Below are positions 39,206-49,965 of a DNA stretch of 64,000 bases, in pieces. The notes under the pieces are model-generated. The model saw nothing but the letters and a program-made list of their open reading frames with translations, searched no databases and was not told the DNA's origin. How positions within the stretch are numbered: the first letter of the stretch is position 1; every line of letters starts with the position of its first letter. Origin of the DNA: an uncultured Chloroflexia bacterium. Its GTDB lineage: Bacteria > Chloroflexota > Anaerolineae > Anaerolineales > UBA11579. Location of the stretch: assembly GCA_963722735.1 (NCBI GenBank), contig CAVROH010000012.1:103735-167734 (forward strand). The letters are read 5' to 3'. Made by a program: the position numbers and the translations under genes.

Positions 39206-40479
39206 ATGGGCAATATAGTCGTTAAAGCAGAGAATTTAGGTAAAAAGTACAAGATTGGAGCGGTGGTTGACCGTTCTCCCACGCTGCGCGATGCGATAGT
39301 CCGGGCGGCAAAACGCCCGGGAGAGATCCTGCGCGGAGAATCGCCTCCGAAGACGGAAATTATCTGGGCGCTGCGGAATGTATCCTTTGAGGTTGAGCAA
39401 GGCCAGGTGCTGGGCGTGATCGGACGCAACGGGGCCGGCAAGAGTACGCTGCTAAAGCTGCTCTCCCGGATCACCGAGCCATCAGAGGGCTATGCCCGCA
39501 TCACCGGCCGGGTGGGTTCCCTGCTGGAGGTGGGTACCGGATTCAATCCGGAGCTGACCGGGCGGGAGAATATCTTCCTGAACGGGGCCATTCTGGGGAT
39601 GCGCCGCAATGAGATCGCGAGTAAGTTCGACGAGATCGTGGAGTTCTCCGGGGTGGAGAAGTTCATCGAAACCCCGGTGAAGCGCTATTCCTCCGGGATG
39701 TACCTGCGGCTGGCTTTCTCGGTGGCGGCGCATCTGGAACCGGAGATCCTGGTGGTGGATGAGGTGCTGGCGGTCGGGGATGCTGAATTCCAGCGCAAGT
39801 GCTTGGGCAAGATGAGCGAAGTCGCCGGCGAAGGGCGTACGGTGCTGTTCGTCAGCCACAACATGTCTGCTGTCATGCGGCTGACCGATGAATCCATCGT
39901 ACTGGAAGGCGGCGAGATGGTTTTTCGCGCCCCAACCCAGGAAGCCGTGGAATATTATATGTCCTCGGGCTTTTCCCAGTCCAGCGAACGGCGCTGGAAA
40001 GCGGATGAGATCCCCGCATCGGCCAAACCTTTCCGCCCGATCTCCGTGCGGGTGATTGACCCCGCGGAGAAATAGGTGATGTGGTCCGTTCGATCGAGCC
40101 GCTGACTGTGGAAATGGAATATGAGCTGGATGAGGAAATCCAGGGCTTGCGGGTGGGTATTTATCTGATCACCATTCGGGGTGACTTGGTTTTCACCTCG
40201 TTCGATACCGATTCTGGTGAGGAATACGAGAAGTACGGTGTTCGTCCCAAGGGACGTTATATCAGCCGCTGCCAGATCCCGGCCGATTTCTTCAATGAAG
40301 GCCAGTATGTGTTGGGGATCAATGCTTCCTCCTTCCGGGTGAAGCGCTACTTCCAGGATGAGCACGCCCTGACCTTCTCGGTGGATCCGATGGGCGCACC
40401 GGGTAAGCAGTGGCCGGAGACCCGCATGGGCACTGTCCGCCCGCGCCTGAACTGGAAGATAGAGGAACAATTTGAATGA
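39206..40479 (+). CDS. wzt: polysaccharide ABC exporter ATPase with a C-terminal carbohydrate-binding (Wzt_C-like) domain, frame-interrupted at about 40066
   Basis: Walker A GRNGAGKST, signature YSSGM and Walker B ILVVDE. ORF 40081..40479 is the beta-sandwich C-domain. Restoring one G (GCGGAG to GCGGGAG) gives ...VIDPAGEIGDVVRSIEPLTVEMEY.... Confidence 0.85.
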
Positions 40480-42062
40480 GTGAGCCCGAACAGCGCAATT
40501 GGCGGATCGGCGAAAAGCTCCCCTTCCTGGTTGATCTGGAATGGTACCTCTTCCGCAAGCGCAGATCCATGAATTTCAAACGCTTCAGGGATATGACCGA
40601 GTATGTTCTAGACATGGTTCAGGATGCCGAATCTGTCACCCCGCGTGAAGCGAATGGTAAGAAAGTGTTCATCTTCGGGATGATTAGATTGTGGATCCAG
40701 TATTCCGCCAGCCTGAGCCTGACCTTCGACCTGATGGGGTACGATGTCACCCTGGCATACCTGCCCTACAATGATTGGTTTACCGATAGTTCCAACCGGG
40801 AAGACGGGCGTTTAAATCATATCTACGGCGAGTGTCTTAAGCCGCTTTCCACGCGGGTAAAAATGGAACCGCTTTTTTCTCCGGCTGTCCTGGAAGTTGA
40901 ACTGCCGGAAGAACTGGCCCGGGGGATTGAACTGATCTCAGAGCGTGATTTCCAATACTCCCGCCAGGTGGAAGAAGTGGATCGATCTGACCAATTGTTT
41001 GCCCTGCGCCAGAAGCGCAACCGCTATGCGGCGCGCCAATTCCTGGATATGCTGCAAGCTGACCGGCCGGATGTGGCGCTCATCCCCAACGGGATGATCC
41101 TGGAGTATGGGGCCCTTTACCAGGTTGCCCAATATCTGGGTATCCCCGCAGTGACGTACGAATTTGGCGAACAAAAGGACAAGATTTGGATCTCACAGGA
41201 TAAGCCGGTGATGTTCCAGAATACCGATGCGATGTGGGCACGCTTCAAGGATCAGCCCTTTAGCGATGAGCAGCATCAGCAGGTTGAGGAGCTGTTTGCC
41301 TCCCGCAAGAATGCCACCCTGTGGCAGAAGTTCTCCCGCCAGTGGCAGGAAATCCCCTCCGAGGGCGAGAGCGAGGTCAAGACCAAGCTGGGGCTGGACC
41401 AGCGCCCGATCGTGCTGATGGCCGTGAATGTGATCGGCGACAGCCTGACCCTGGGGCGCCAGGTGTATTCCAAGGATATGACCGAGTGGATCAGCCGCAC
41501 GCTGGAATATTTCAGGGACAAACCGGAGGTGCAGTTCGTGCTGCGCATCCATCCCGGAGAGCGGTACACAGACGGCCCTTCCGTAGAGGACATTGTCCGC
41601 CAGCGGATCGTGGATGTCCCCGACCATTTCCGGGTGATCTCGGCCAGCGACAAGGTCAATACCTATGATCTGGTGGAGATCGCCGATCTGGGGCTGACCT
41701 ATACCACCACGGTGGGGATGGAGATGGCGATGAGTGGCCTGCCGGTGATCGTCTCCGGGAAGACCCATTACCGTGACAAGGGCTTTACCCTGGACCCTGG
41801 CTCCTGGGAAGAGTTTTTCTCGATGGTGGAAGCAGTCCTTTCCTCCCCGGAGGAATATCAGTACTCGGAAGAAAAAGTGAGGACCGCCTGGCAGTATGCT
41901 TACCGCTTCTACTTTGATTACCCCTTCGCCAGTCCGTGGCACCTGCGGGGGATGCGTCCGATGTTCGATGATTTCCCCATCTCCCGGTTGTTCACAGATG
42001 AGGGATGGCAGCAGTATGGGAAGACATTTAAATTCTTGCTGAATGAGCCGGATGAAGGTTGA
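40476..42062 (+). CDS. hypothetical protein, possibly a KpsC/KpsS (Capsule_synth)-like glycosyltransferase
   Basis: 528 aa with an ATGA overlap to wzt. FVLRIHPGE...TYDLVEIADLGLTYTTTVGMEMAMSGLPVIV resembles capsule-synthesis/GT-B C-terminal halves. The functional call is tentative. Confidence 0.45.
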   Translation: MSEPEQRNWRIGEKLPFLVDLEWYLFRKRRSMNFKRFRDMTEYVLDMVQDAESVTPREANGKKVFIFGMIRLWIQYSASLSLTFDLMGYDVTLAYLPYNDWFTDSSNREDGRLNHIYGECLKPLSTRVKMEPLFSPAVLEVELPEELARGIELISERDFQYSRQVEEVDRSDQLFALRQKRNRYAARQFLDMLQADRPDVALIPNGMILEYGALYQVAQYLGIPAVTYEFGEQKDKIWISQDKPVMFQNTDAMWARFKDQPFSDEQHQQVEELFASRKNATLWQKFSRQWQEIPSEGESEVKTKLGLDQRPIVLMAVNVIGDSLTLGRQVYSKDMTEWISRTLEYFRDKPEVQFVLRIHPGERYTDGPSVEDIVRQRIVDVPDHFRVISASDKVNTYDLVEIADLGLTYTTTVGMEMAMSGLPVIVSGKTHYRDKGFTLDPGSWEEFFSMVEAVLSSPEEYQYSEEKVRTAWQYAYRFYFDYPFASPWHLRGMRPMFDDFPISRLFTDEGWQQYGKTFKFLLNEPDEG

Positions 42063-42118
42063 AGATGATCGGGCCTGAGCGGATCAGGGAATAACAAACC
42101 AACTCTTTGGAGAGATTT

Positions 42119-43132
42119 ATGAACTGGAAAAAATCAACAGTGCTGGTGACCGGCGGGACCGGGTCGTTTGGCAAGAAATTCATCAAGTCGATGCTGGAAA
42201 ATCAGCAAGCAGAGAAGGTGATCGTCTTCAGCCGGGATGAGCTTAAACAGCACGAAATGCGCATGGCCGGTTTCAACCAGGCCAACCTGCGCTACTTCAT
42301 CGGTGACGTGCGCGATCAGGACCGTCTGCGCCGCGCAATGCAAGGCGTGGATGTGGTTGTTCATGCGGCTGCCCTCAAGCAGGTGCCGGCGTGTGAATAC
42401 AACCCCAAAGAAGCGATCAAGACCAATATCAACGGGACCAGCAATGTGGTTGATGCCGCCATGGATGCCGGTGTGAAGAAGGTGCTGGCCCTGAGCACGG
42501 ATAAGGCCGTCAACCCGGTGAACCTGTACGGCGCCACCAAGCTGGCCGCCGAGAAGCTGGCAGTCCAGTCGAATGCCTATGCCGGCGGACCGAGACGCGC
42601 ATCTCCTGTGTGCGCTACGGCAACGTGGTCGGCAGCCGGGGGAGTGTGGTGCCCATGTTCCTGCAGCAGCGCGATAGCGGCGCCGGCAAATTGACCGTCA
42701 CCGACGAGCGCATGACCCGCTTCTGGATCACCCTGGAGCAGGGCGTGGCTTTCGTGATCCGCTGCATCGAGCAGATGCACGGCGGCGAGGTGTTCGTGCC
42801 CAAGATCCCCAGCACCACGATCGTGGACCTGGCCAGGGCGATTGCCCCGGATGCCGAGATGGAGTTCATCGGCATCCGCCCCGGCGAGAAGCTGCACGAG
42901 GTGCTGATCTCTGAGGATGAGGCTCGCTCCACCGTGGAGTTGGACGATATGTACGTCGTCCAGCCGGCTACCTCTCCGTGGTTTGGTTACGAGTGGGAGA
43001 AATCACGGCAAAAAGCTGGAAGATGACTTCCGCTATGCCTCCAACACCAATGATGAGTGGCTGACGATGGAAGAGATCAAGGCGATCGTCGCCCCGATCG
43101 AAGAAGAGTATCTGACAGGGAAATTGTTCTGA
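42119..43132 (+). CDS. UDP-GlcNAc 4,6-dehydratase (PseB/FlaA1/FnlA/CapE family), two frame breaks (about 42586-42590 and about 43003-43015)
   Basis: VTGGTGSFGK, NLYGATKLAAEK, then VRYGNVVGSRGSVVPMF...GEVFVPKIPS, then KKLEDDFRYASNTNDEWLT. Three ORF-track pieces (42107, 42610, 42917) join. Confidence 0.85.
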
Positions 43133-44046
43133 TGAAGATCCTGATCACCGGCTCCAGCGGATTGCTGGGGCTAAACCTGGCGCTGGAGCTGTCTGCCGAT
43201 CATCAGGTTGTCGGCGCAGACCGTAATCTGCTGGCGTCAAAGCCTTATTTTGAGTCGGTGGGTGTAGATCTGCTGGCTCCTGATGCGGTCGTGCGGCTGA
43301 TGGATGACATCCGGCCGGATGCGGTGATCCATTGTGCTGCGCTGGCTAATATAGATGCTTGTGAGAGCGATCCGGAGGTGGCACAGCGCTTGAATGCCTG
43401 GCTGCCTGGTGAGATTGCCGCCCGCTGCGCCGAACACGGGGCCCAACTGGTGCACATCTCCACGGATGCAGTTTTTGATGGCAAGGTTGGCGGCTACACT
43501 GAGGAAGACACCCCCAATCCGCTGAGCGTGTATGCCCAGACCAAGCTGGACGGTGAGGAATCGGTCTTCTCGGCGATGCCGGAGGCAGCCGTCACCCGGA
43601 TCAATATTTTTGGCTGGAGCGCAACGGCCAACCGCAGTCTGGCGGAATTCTTCTATTACGGGCTGGCTGCCGGGAAGCCTCTGAAAGGCTTCACCGATGT
43701 ATGCTTCTGCCCGTTGCTGGTCGACGACCTGGCGGGTGTCTTCGCCCGGATCTTTGAGAAGCAGCTCAGCGGGTTGTATCACCTGGTCAGCCCGGTGGGA
43801 TTGAGCAAGCACGAGTTTGGTGTGCGCATCGCCGAGATGTTTGGCTTCGACCCGGCAGTCATCGAGCCGGTCAGGGTGGCCGATTTTGGCCTCAAGGCGG
43901 CTCGCTCGCCCCTGCTGACCCTGGATACGAGCAAGTTGAGTCAAGCGCTGGGCCAACCGCTGCCGGATGTGTTTGACGGGCTGGAGCGTTTCTATCAGCT
44001 TCACCAGCAGGGCCACCCTGAAAAGCTAAAGGCGATGCTAGGCTAG
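43132..44046 (+). CDS. RmlD-like NAD(P)-dependent sugar reductase
   Basis: Internal ATG 43132 (TGATG overlap with the previous stop). MKILITGSSGLLG, YAQTKLDGE. About 304 aa. Confidence 0.75.
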   Translation: MKILITGSSGLLGLNLALELSADHQVVGADRNLLASKPYFESVGVDLLAPDAVVRLMDDIRPDAVIHCAALANIDACESDPEVAQRLNAWLPGEIAARCAEHGAQLVHISTDAVFDGKVGGYTEEDTPNPLSVYAQTKLDGEESVFSAMPEAAVTRINIFGWSATANRSLAEFFYYGLAAGKPLKGFTDVCFCPLLVDDLAGVFARIFEKQLSGLYHLVSPVGLSKHEFGVRIAEMFGFDPAVIEPVRVADFGLKAARSPLLTLDTSKLSQALGQPLPDVFDGLERFYQLHQQGHPEKLKAMLG

Positions 44047-44086
44047 TAGTTCAGCCGCAGGCTGAACGTCAGTCAGGAGAGAAACT

Positions 44087-45154
44087 ATGGACATCAAAAT
44101 TCTGGATAAAACCATTGGGCTGAACCACCCGACCTACTTCATCGCCGATATTGCCGCCAACCACGATGGTGACCTGGAACGGGCAAAATTACTGATCCGG
44201 CTGGCGAAAGAGGCCGGGGCGGACGCAGCCAAATTCCAGAACTTCCGCGCCCCAAAAATCGTCTCCGATTATGGTTTCAAGGCGATGGGCGGGCAGGTCT
44301 CCCACCAGGCGGCCTGGTCAAAATCGGTCTATGAAGTGTATAACGATGCCTCGATCCCCTTTGAATGGACGCCGATCCTTGCAGAAGAATGCGACAAGGT
44401 CGGGATTCATTATTTCTCCTCTCCCTATGATGATGACGCCATTGATATGCTTGATCCCTATGTGCCGGCTTACAAGGCGGGTTCCGGGCTGATCTCCTGG
44501 CCCGAGGCGATCGTCAGGATGGCTCAGAAAGGCAAGCCTGTGCTGATCGCCACCGGAGCGAGCAACCTGGGTGAGGTGGTCAACGCCATGGACAAGCTGA
44601 TGGCGGTCACCGACGAGATTGTGCTGATGCAGTGTAACACCAATTACACCGCCAGCCCGGATAATTATAACCATCTGCACCTGCGGGTGCTGGAAACCTA
44701 CAAGGCGATCTACCCGGATGTGATCCTCGGACTCTCGGACCATACCCACAGCCCGGCACCGGTGGTTGGGGCGGTGGCAATGGGCGCAAGGGTGATTGAG
44801 CGCCATTTCACCGACAGCAACGACCGTGAAGGCCCGGACCACAAGTTTGCCCTCAACCCGCAGACCTGGGCCGATATGGTCGAACAGGTGCGCCTGCTGG
44901 AGCGTTCCTTTGGCTCCCCAATAAAGCGGGTGGCCGACAATGAGAAGGATACCTATATCGTCCAGCGGCGCTGCCTGCGGGCGGCACGTGAGATCAAAGC
45001 CGGCGAGGTATTCACCGAAGAGATGATCGAGGTCCTCCGCCCGGCGACCCCCGGTGCATTGATGAGCTGGGACCTGGACAAGGTCATCGGGATGAAAGCG
45101 CGTGCCGCTATGCCCTTTGGCAAAGACCTGCGCTGGACCGACCTGGAGGAATAA
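44087..45154 (+). CDS. NeuB/SpsE-family sugar-PEP aldolase (nonulosonic/sialic-acid-synthase-like) with a SAF domain
   Basis: YFIADIAANHDGDLERAKLLI...AAKFQ, SDHT and a C-terminal SAF-like RRCLRAAREIKAGEVF...LRPATPG. Confidence 0.85.
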   Translation: MDIKILDKTIGLNHPTYFIADIAANHDGDLERAKLLIRLAKEAGADAAKFQNFRAPKIVSDYGFKAMGGQVSHQAAWSKSVYEVYNDASIPFEWTPILAEECDKVGIHYFSSPYDDDAIDMLDPYVPAYKAGSGLISWPEAIVRMAQKGKPVLIATGASNLGEVVNAMDKLMAVTDEIVLMQCNTNYTASPDNYNHLHLRVLETYKAIYPDVILGLSDHTHSPAPVVGAVAMGARVIERHFTDSNDREGPDHKFALNPQTWADMVEQVRLLERSFGSPIKRVADNEKDTYIVQRRCLRAAREIKAGEVFTEEMIEVLRPATPGALMSWDLDKVIGMKARAAMPFGKDLRWTDLEE

Positions 45155-45178
45155 TCCCCGACCGGGACATACCTGCCG

Positions 45179-46310
45179 ATGAAGATCATTTATTTATCCC
45201 GCGACTATACCCCGCATGACCACCGCTTCCTGACCGCCATGGTCGGGATGCGGTTTGAGGTGCATTATCTGCGGCTGGAACGGCGCGGGCACCCTCAGGA
45301 GGACCGTATGCTGCCTCCGGGGGTGATCCCGGTCTCATGGGCGGGCGGGCAGGAGCCATATGACCCGCGTCACCACAAGGAGCTGATTACAGACCTGCGC
45401 AAGCTGGTCAAGCAGATCAGGCCCGATCTGATCCATGCCGGGCCGGTGCAGACTGCTGCCTGGCTGGCGGCACAGGCGCGCTTCCGTCCCCTGGTGACGA
45501 TGTCGTGGGGGTCGGATATGCTCGTGGATGCCGAATCCAGCGGGCAGATGCGCCGGATGACCGAGTTTACCCTGGGGAACACAGATGTGCTCATCGGCGA
45601 CTGCCAGGCGGTGAAGGACAAAGCAATTGAATTTGGCTTTCCCGCCGATCGAGTTGTGACCTTCCCCTGGGGCGTGGACCTGGAGAGGTTCTCCCCCGGT
45701 GAGAAGCACAACGATCTGCGGGTGCGGGCCGGCTGGCAGGAGGAGTTTGTAGTGCTGCATTTGCGCTCTTGGGAGCCGGTCTACGGGGTGGAGGTATTCG
45801 CCAGAGCCTTCCTGCAAGCCGCCGGGGAATGCCCGGAACTGCGTCTGTTCATGCCGGGCAACGGCTCGCTGGCCCCGCAGATCCGCAAGATCCTCATGCC
45901 GGTGATGGATCGGGTGCAGTTCGTCGGTCAGGTCACCCAGGAGAAGCTGCCGGCCTATTACCAGGCGGCGGACCTGTATGTCTCTGCCTCACACAGCGAC
46001 GGCTCTTCCGTCTCGCTGATGGAAGCCCTGGCCAGCGGCTTGCCGGCGCTGGTCTCCGATATCCCCGGCAACCGGGAGTGGATCGCCGATTCAGAAGCCG
46101 CCGGTTCAAAACCGGGCTGGCTCTTCCCGGATGGGGATGTGGATGCCCTGGCGAAGGGATTGGTCCAGGCGGTTGAGGAACGCAAGTCCATTGGCTGAGA
46201 ATGGGGCAGCTGCCCGCCAACTGGCCGAGGAACGCGCCGACTGGACCAAGAATGTTGAGAAGCTGATGGAAGCATATCAGACTGGCTGTGGAATTTGGAG
46301 GAAAGCGATG
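45179..46310 (+). CDS. GT4 (GT-B) glycosyltransferase, frame-interrupted near 46185-46195; true stop uncertain
   Basis: ...ADLYVSASHSDGSSVSLMEALASGLPALVSD (E-x7-E region). The C-terminus continues in the frame of ORF 46131 (LAENGAAARQLAEERADWTKNVEKLMEAY). That frame has no stop before the next start. Confidence 0.7.
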
Positions 46311-47078
46311 AGTGCCGAACATAAAGTCGTCGCCATCATCCAGGCCCGTATGGCCGCCAGCCGGCTGCCGGGCAAGGTGCTGAAGGAACTCGGTCACCAG
46401 CCGGTGTTGGGCTGGATGATCGCCCGTACCCGCCGGGCTGAATGGATCGACGAGGTGGTCATCGCCACCACCACCGATCCCAGCGATGACCCGGTGGCGG
46501 CTTATTGTCAGGATCAGGGCGTGGCTTGTTTTCGCGGCAGTATGCACGATGTGCTCGACCGTTATTACCAGGCTGCCAAACAGCACCAGGCGGATGTGAT
46601 CGTACGGCTGACCGCCGATTGCCCCTTCATCGACCCGGCCATGCTGGATGACAACCTGCGGGCCTTCTTTGCTTCCGAGCCGCGGGCGGATTTTGCCGCC
46701 AACCGGCTGCCGCCGCCCTTCGAGCGCACCATCCCCATCGGGCTGGATGCCGAATACTGCTGGTTCGAGGGGCTGGAGACTGTCTGGCAGGAAGCCAAAC
46801 AGAAGCACCAGCGCGAGCATGTCATGCCATTCTTCTACGAGCATCCGGAGCGCTTCAATATTCTGCATATCACCCACCATCCTGGCTATGGGCACTTGCG
46901 CTGGACGGTGGATACCCCCGAAGACCTGGCGATGCTGCGCCAGATCGTGGAACACTTCCCCGGGCGGGATGATTTCTCCTGGCAGGAAGTGCTGGCGCTG
47001 GTGGAAGCCCATCCAGAATTGGGGGAGATCAACGCCGGGGTGCGGCACAAAGATTACCGCGAGGTGGATGAACGCTAA
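46308..47078 (+). CDS. SpsF-like cytidylyltransferase (CTP_transf_3 family)
   Basis: GGAGGA precedes ATG 46308. VVAIIQARMAASRLPGKVL and VIVRLTADCPFIDP. Confidence 0.8.
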   Translation: MSAEHKVVAIIQARMAASRLPGKVLKELGHQPVLGWMIARTRRAEWIDEVVIATTTDPSDDPVAAYCQDQGVACFRGSMHDVLDRYYQAAKQHQADVIVRLTADCPFIDPAMLDDNLRAFFASEPRADFAANRLPPPFERTIPIGLDAEYCWFEGLETVWQEAKQKHQREHVMPFFYEHPERFNILHITHHPGYGHLRWTVDTPEDLAMLRQIVEHFPGRDDFSWQEVLALVEAHPELGEINAGVRHKDYREVDER

Positions 47079-47975
47079 TGACCCTGCTGACCATTTTTAC
47101 CGCCCCCAAACCCTTTGTGGACCCGCATATCACCACCATCCAGCGGAATGCGCTGCGCTCCTGGCAACTGCTTGGCCCCGAGGTGGATGTGATCCTGCAT
47201 GGGGATGATCCCGGGATTGCCGAAGCCGCCGCAGAATTCGGGATGATCCATGTTCCCGATGTGGCTTGTAACGAGAAGGGCGTGCCCTACATTGACGACT
47301 ATGTTCCAGCGCACCCGGCAGCTCTCGGATGCCCCGGTGCTGGCGGTGGTGAATGCCGATATCCTCCTCTTCCCGGACTTTGTGGCCAATGCCCGCCATG
47401 CCCTGGAGACTTTGGGCGACTTCGTGCTCGTCGGCCGGCGCTGGGATCTGGATATTACTGAGGAGTTGGCTTTTGACGATGGTTTTGAGCAGCGTCTGCG
47501 GTCAGAAGTGGAGGCCAGCGGCGTGTTGAAAGGGTTTACAGCCAGCGATTATTTCATGTTCTCCCGTTCGGTGCTGACCGAGGTCCCCAACTTCACCATC
47601 GGGCGGGCTGGCTGGGACAGCTGGATGATCTACCATTCCATGCAGCAGCCCTGGCCGATCCTGGATGCGACCAGCGAGATCTTCATCATCCACCAGAACC
47701 ATGATTACAGCCACCTGCCTGACGGCCAGAAGCATTACAAACTGGCAGAGAGCAAGCGCAATGTGGCTCTGGGCGGCGGTGAGCGCAATATGTACGATCA
47801 ATCCGATCTGCGCTATGCCCTGGTGAACGGCAAGATGGTGCGCAAGCCAGCCAACTGGTACCGGATGTTACGCCGGGCAGAGCACTGGCTCCATCCGGGA
47901 GAAGAGATCACTGGTTTGCGGGGCAGGTTGTTTGTGAAGCTGAAACGCTACCGCAAGAGGTTGAAAAATGGCTAG
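47078..47975 (+). CDS. conserved hypothetical, GT-A-like glycosyltransferase candidate, frame-interrupted near 47294-47302
   Basis: ORFs 47078..47461 and 47250..47975 join (…EKGVPYIDD / MFQRTRQLSDAPVLAVVNADILLFPDF…). TAATG overlap with the upstream stop. Confidence 0.5.
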
Positions 47976-48963
47976 ATTTGGCGTCAGCCCAACGAGGAAC
48001 AAGGTCTCAGAGTACCGCCCGTCGAAAGTGACCGCCGCGGTGCTGGTCTATATTCCCCAGAGTGAAGGCTATTACCGTCACCGGCTGGATGTGCTGCGGC
48101 TGAACCTGGAAAGTCTGATCCAGACCTCTGCCGGGGAAGTTGATCTGCTGGTATTTGACAACGGCAGTTCACAGGAAGTCGTGGACTATTTGCAGTCCCT
48201 CCACCAGGCGGGGAAGATCGATCTCCTGATGCTTTCTTCCCGCAATCTGGGCAAGATCGGCGCGCTGCAACTGATGTTCAATGCTGCACCAGGTGACTAT
48301 ATCGCCTATTGTGATGATGATATTCTCTTCTACCCTGGCTGGCTGCCGGCCCATCTGGCTGTATTTGACGCCTTTCCCAATGTGGGGGTGGTCAGCGGGC
48401 TGCCTGTGCGGGATGCCGCCCGGCATGCGGTCAGTTCAAATCAGCAATTCATCGAGAGACGCCCCGCGGGGCTGAGTGTCAAAAATGAACGCTGGATCGA
48501 AGAGGACTGGGACCTGGACTGGGCGGAGAGCACCGGCCGCGATCTGGAGAAGCATATTGAAGTTTTCAAGGATTTTCAGGACCCGTTGTGGGAGATGTCG
48601 GGCGTGAGGGCTTTCCCGGCAGCCAATCATTTCCAGTTTGTAGCCCGCAAGGACGTGATCCTCAAAGCCCTGCCGGAGGAATGGTCGGGCAGGCTGATGG
48701 GCAAAATGGTCGAGCTTGACCAGGCAATCGATGCCCAGGGCTGCCTGCGGCTTTCAACCGCCGGGAGATATGTCCGCCATATCGGGAATGTGGTCTCGCC
48801 CAGATTGGCGGCAGATATTCAGGATCTGGGGCTGGATCTGGAAGCCGCGGAGGTGGTCCGGCGGGATAAAACCCACTGGCTGCTTAGAATTCCGCGCATG
48901 TGGCATTTTTTGGAGAGAATTTACAGCAAGCTGTTTGATATTCTTTACCAGGTGGAACGATGA
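47968..48963 (+). CDS. GT2-like glycosyltransferase
   Basis: LVFDNGSSQEVVDYL and IAYCDDDILFYPGWL (DxD). Overlaps its neighbours by 8 and 4 nt. Confidence 0.6.
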   Translation: MARFGVSPTRNKVSEYRPSKVTAAVLVYIPQSEGYYRHRLDVLRLNLESLIQTSAGEVDLLVFDNGSSQEVVDYLQSLHQAGKIDLLMLSSRNLGKIGALQLMFNAAPGDYIAYCDDDILFYPGWLPAHLAVFDAFPNVGVVSGLPVRDAARHAVSSNQQFIERRPAGLSVKNERWIEEDWDLDWAESTGRDLEKHIEVFKDFQDPLWEMSGVRAFPAANHFQFVARKDVILKALPEEWSGRLMGKMVELDQAIDAQGCLRLSTAGRYVRHIGNVVSPRLAADIQDLGLDLEAAEVVRRDKTHWLLRIPRMWHFLERIYSKLFDILYQVER

Positions 48964-49959
48964 GGAGGGATGTTTTGAGAGATCATCCAATTTTTATTTG
49001 CGGGCATCCCAAATCGGGGACCAGTCTGATGCGGAACCTGCTAGACCACCATCCCCAATTGGCAGTATATCCGGAGGAGAGCCATTTCTTTCGCAATTTC
49101 CTTCCCAGGGCAGCGGGATTGTCATTAGAGCAGATGATTGCGTTAGGTGAGGAGAAACTGCTCCATATATTTGAGTGGAACCTGGAGAATCCGCCAGATC
49201 ACCAGACCGGGTTTCTGGACCGTGATTACAGTTTCATTTCATTCGAGGAGGTCAGGCGAAAATTTGGAGAGCTGCTCAGGGCAGAAGGCATCCGCCATCC
49301 CGGGGATGTGCTTTGGGCGGCAGCCCAGACATTTTCCCAGGTGAGTGGGGGCCAGGTAGAAAAACAGGTGGGCTGGGTAGAAAAGACCCCGTCCAATGAG
49401 TATTATGCCCCTCGGATTTTTGCATGGTGGCCGGAAGCCGCGCTGTATCCATATTGTGCGTGACCCACGCGATAACTACGCTTCTTATCAGCAAAAACAG
49501 GGTTCCTGGTCAGCGGGGAAGTTCTCCGCCCACTGGAACCGGTCAACAGCCGCTGGCTGTCTGAATGAGGCGGATTATGGTGATGACCGTTATTGGTTGC
49601 TTCGCTATGAAGATCTGGTGACAGAACCGGAAAAAACGCTGGGACAAATCTGCCAATTCCTGGGGATCGAAGACCATCCTACCCTGCGGAAACCGACGCG
49701 GGTCGGAGACCTGTGGCGCGGCAATTCAATGTTTGCGGCTGAATTTCAAGGAATCAGTTCAGCAGCGGTCGGGCGATGGAAAGAGCAGCTTCCCGCTTCT
49801 CAGGCAGGTGTAGTCCAAACTGCCAGCCGGCAGTATATTAAGCGCTTTAATTACCAGGATGTAATTCCGGTAAGTTTCCGTGACCGGCTGACCGGCTGGT
49901 ATTGGCGATTGCGCGGCCAATTCTATGATTTGCGGAATGGTTTGAGAAGGAAGGCCTAA
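48960..49959 (+). CDS. PAPS-dependent sulfotransferase, frame-interrupted near 49436-49442
   Basis: 5'-PSB loop GHPKSGTS in ORF 48960..49463. 3'-PB motif IVRDPRDNYASY in ORF 49396..49959. Confidence 0.8.
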
Positions 49960-49965
49960 GTTATT

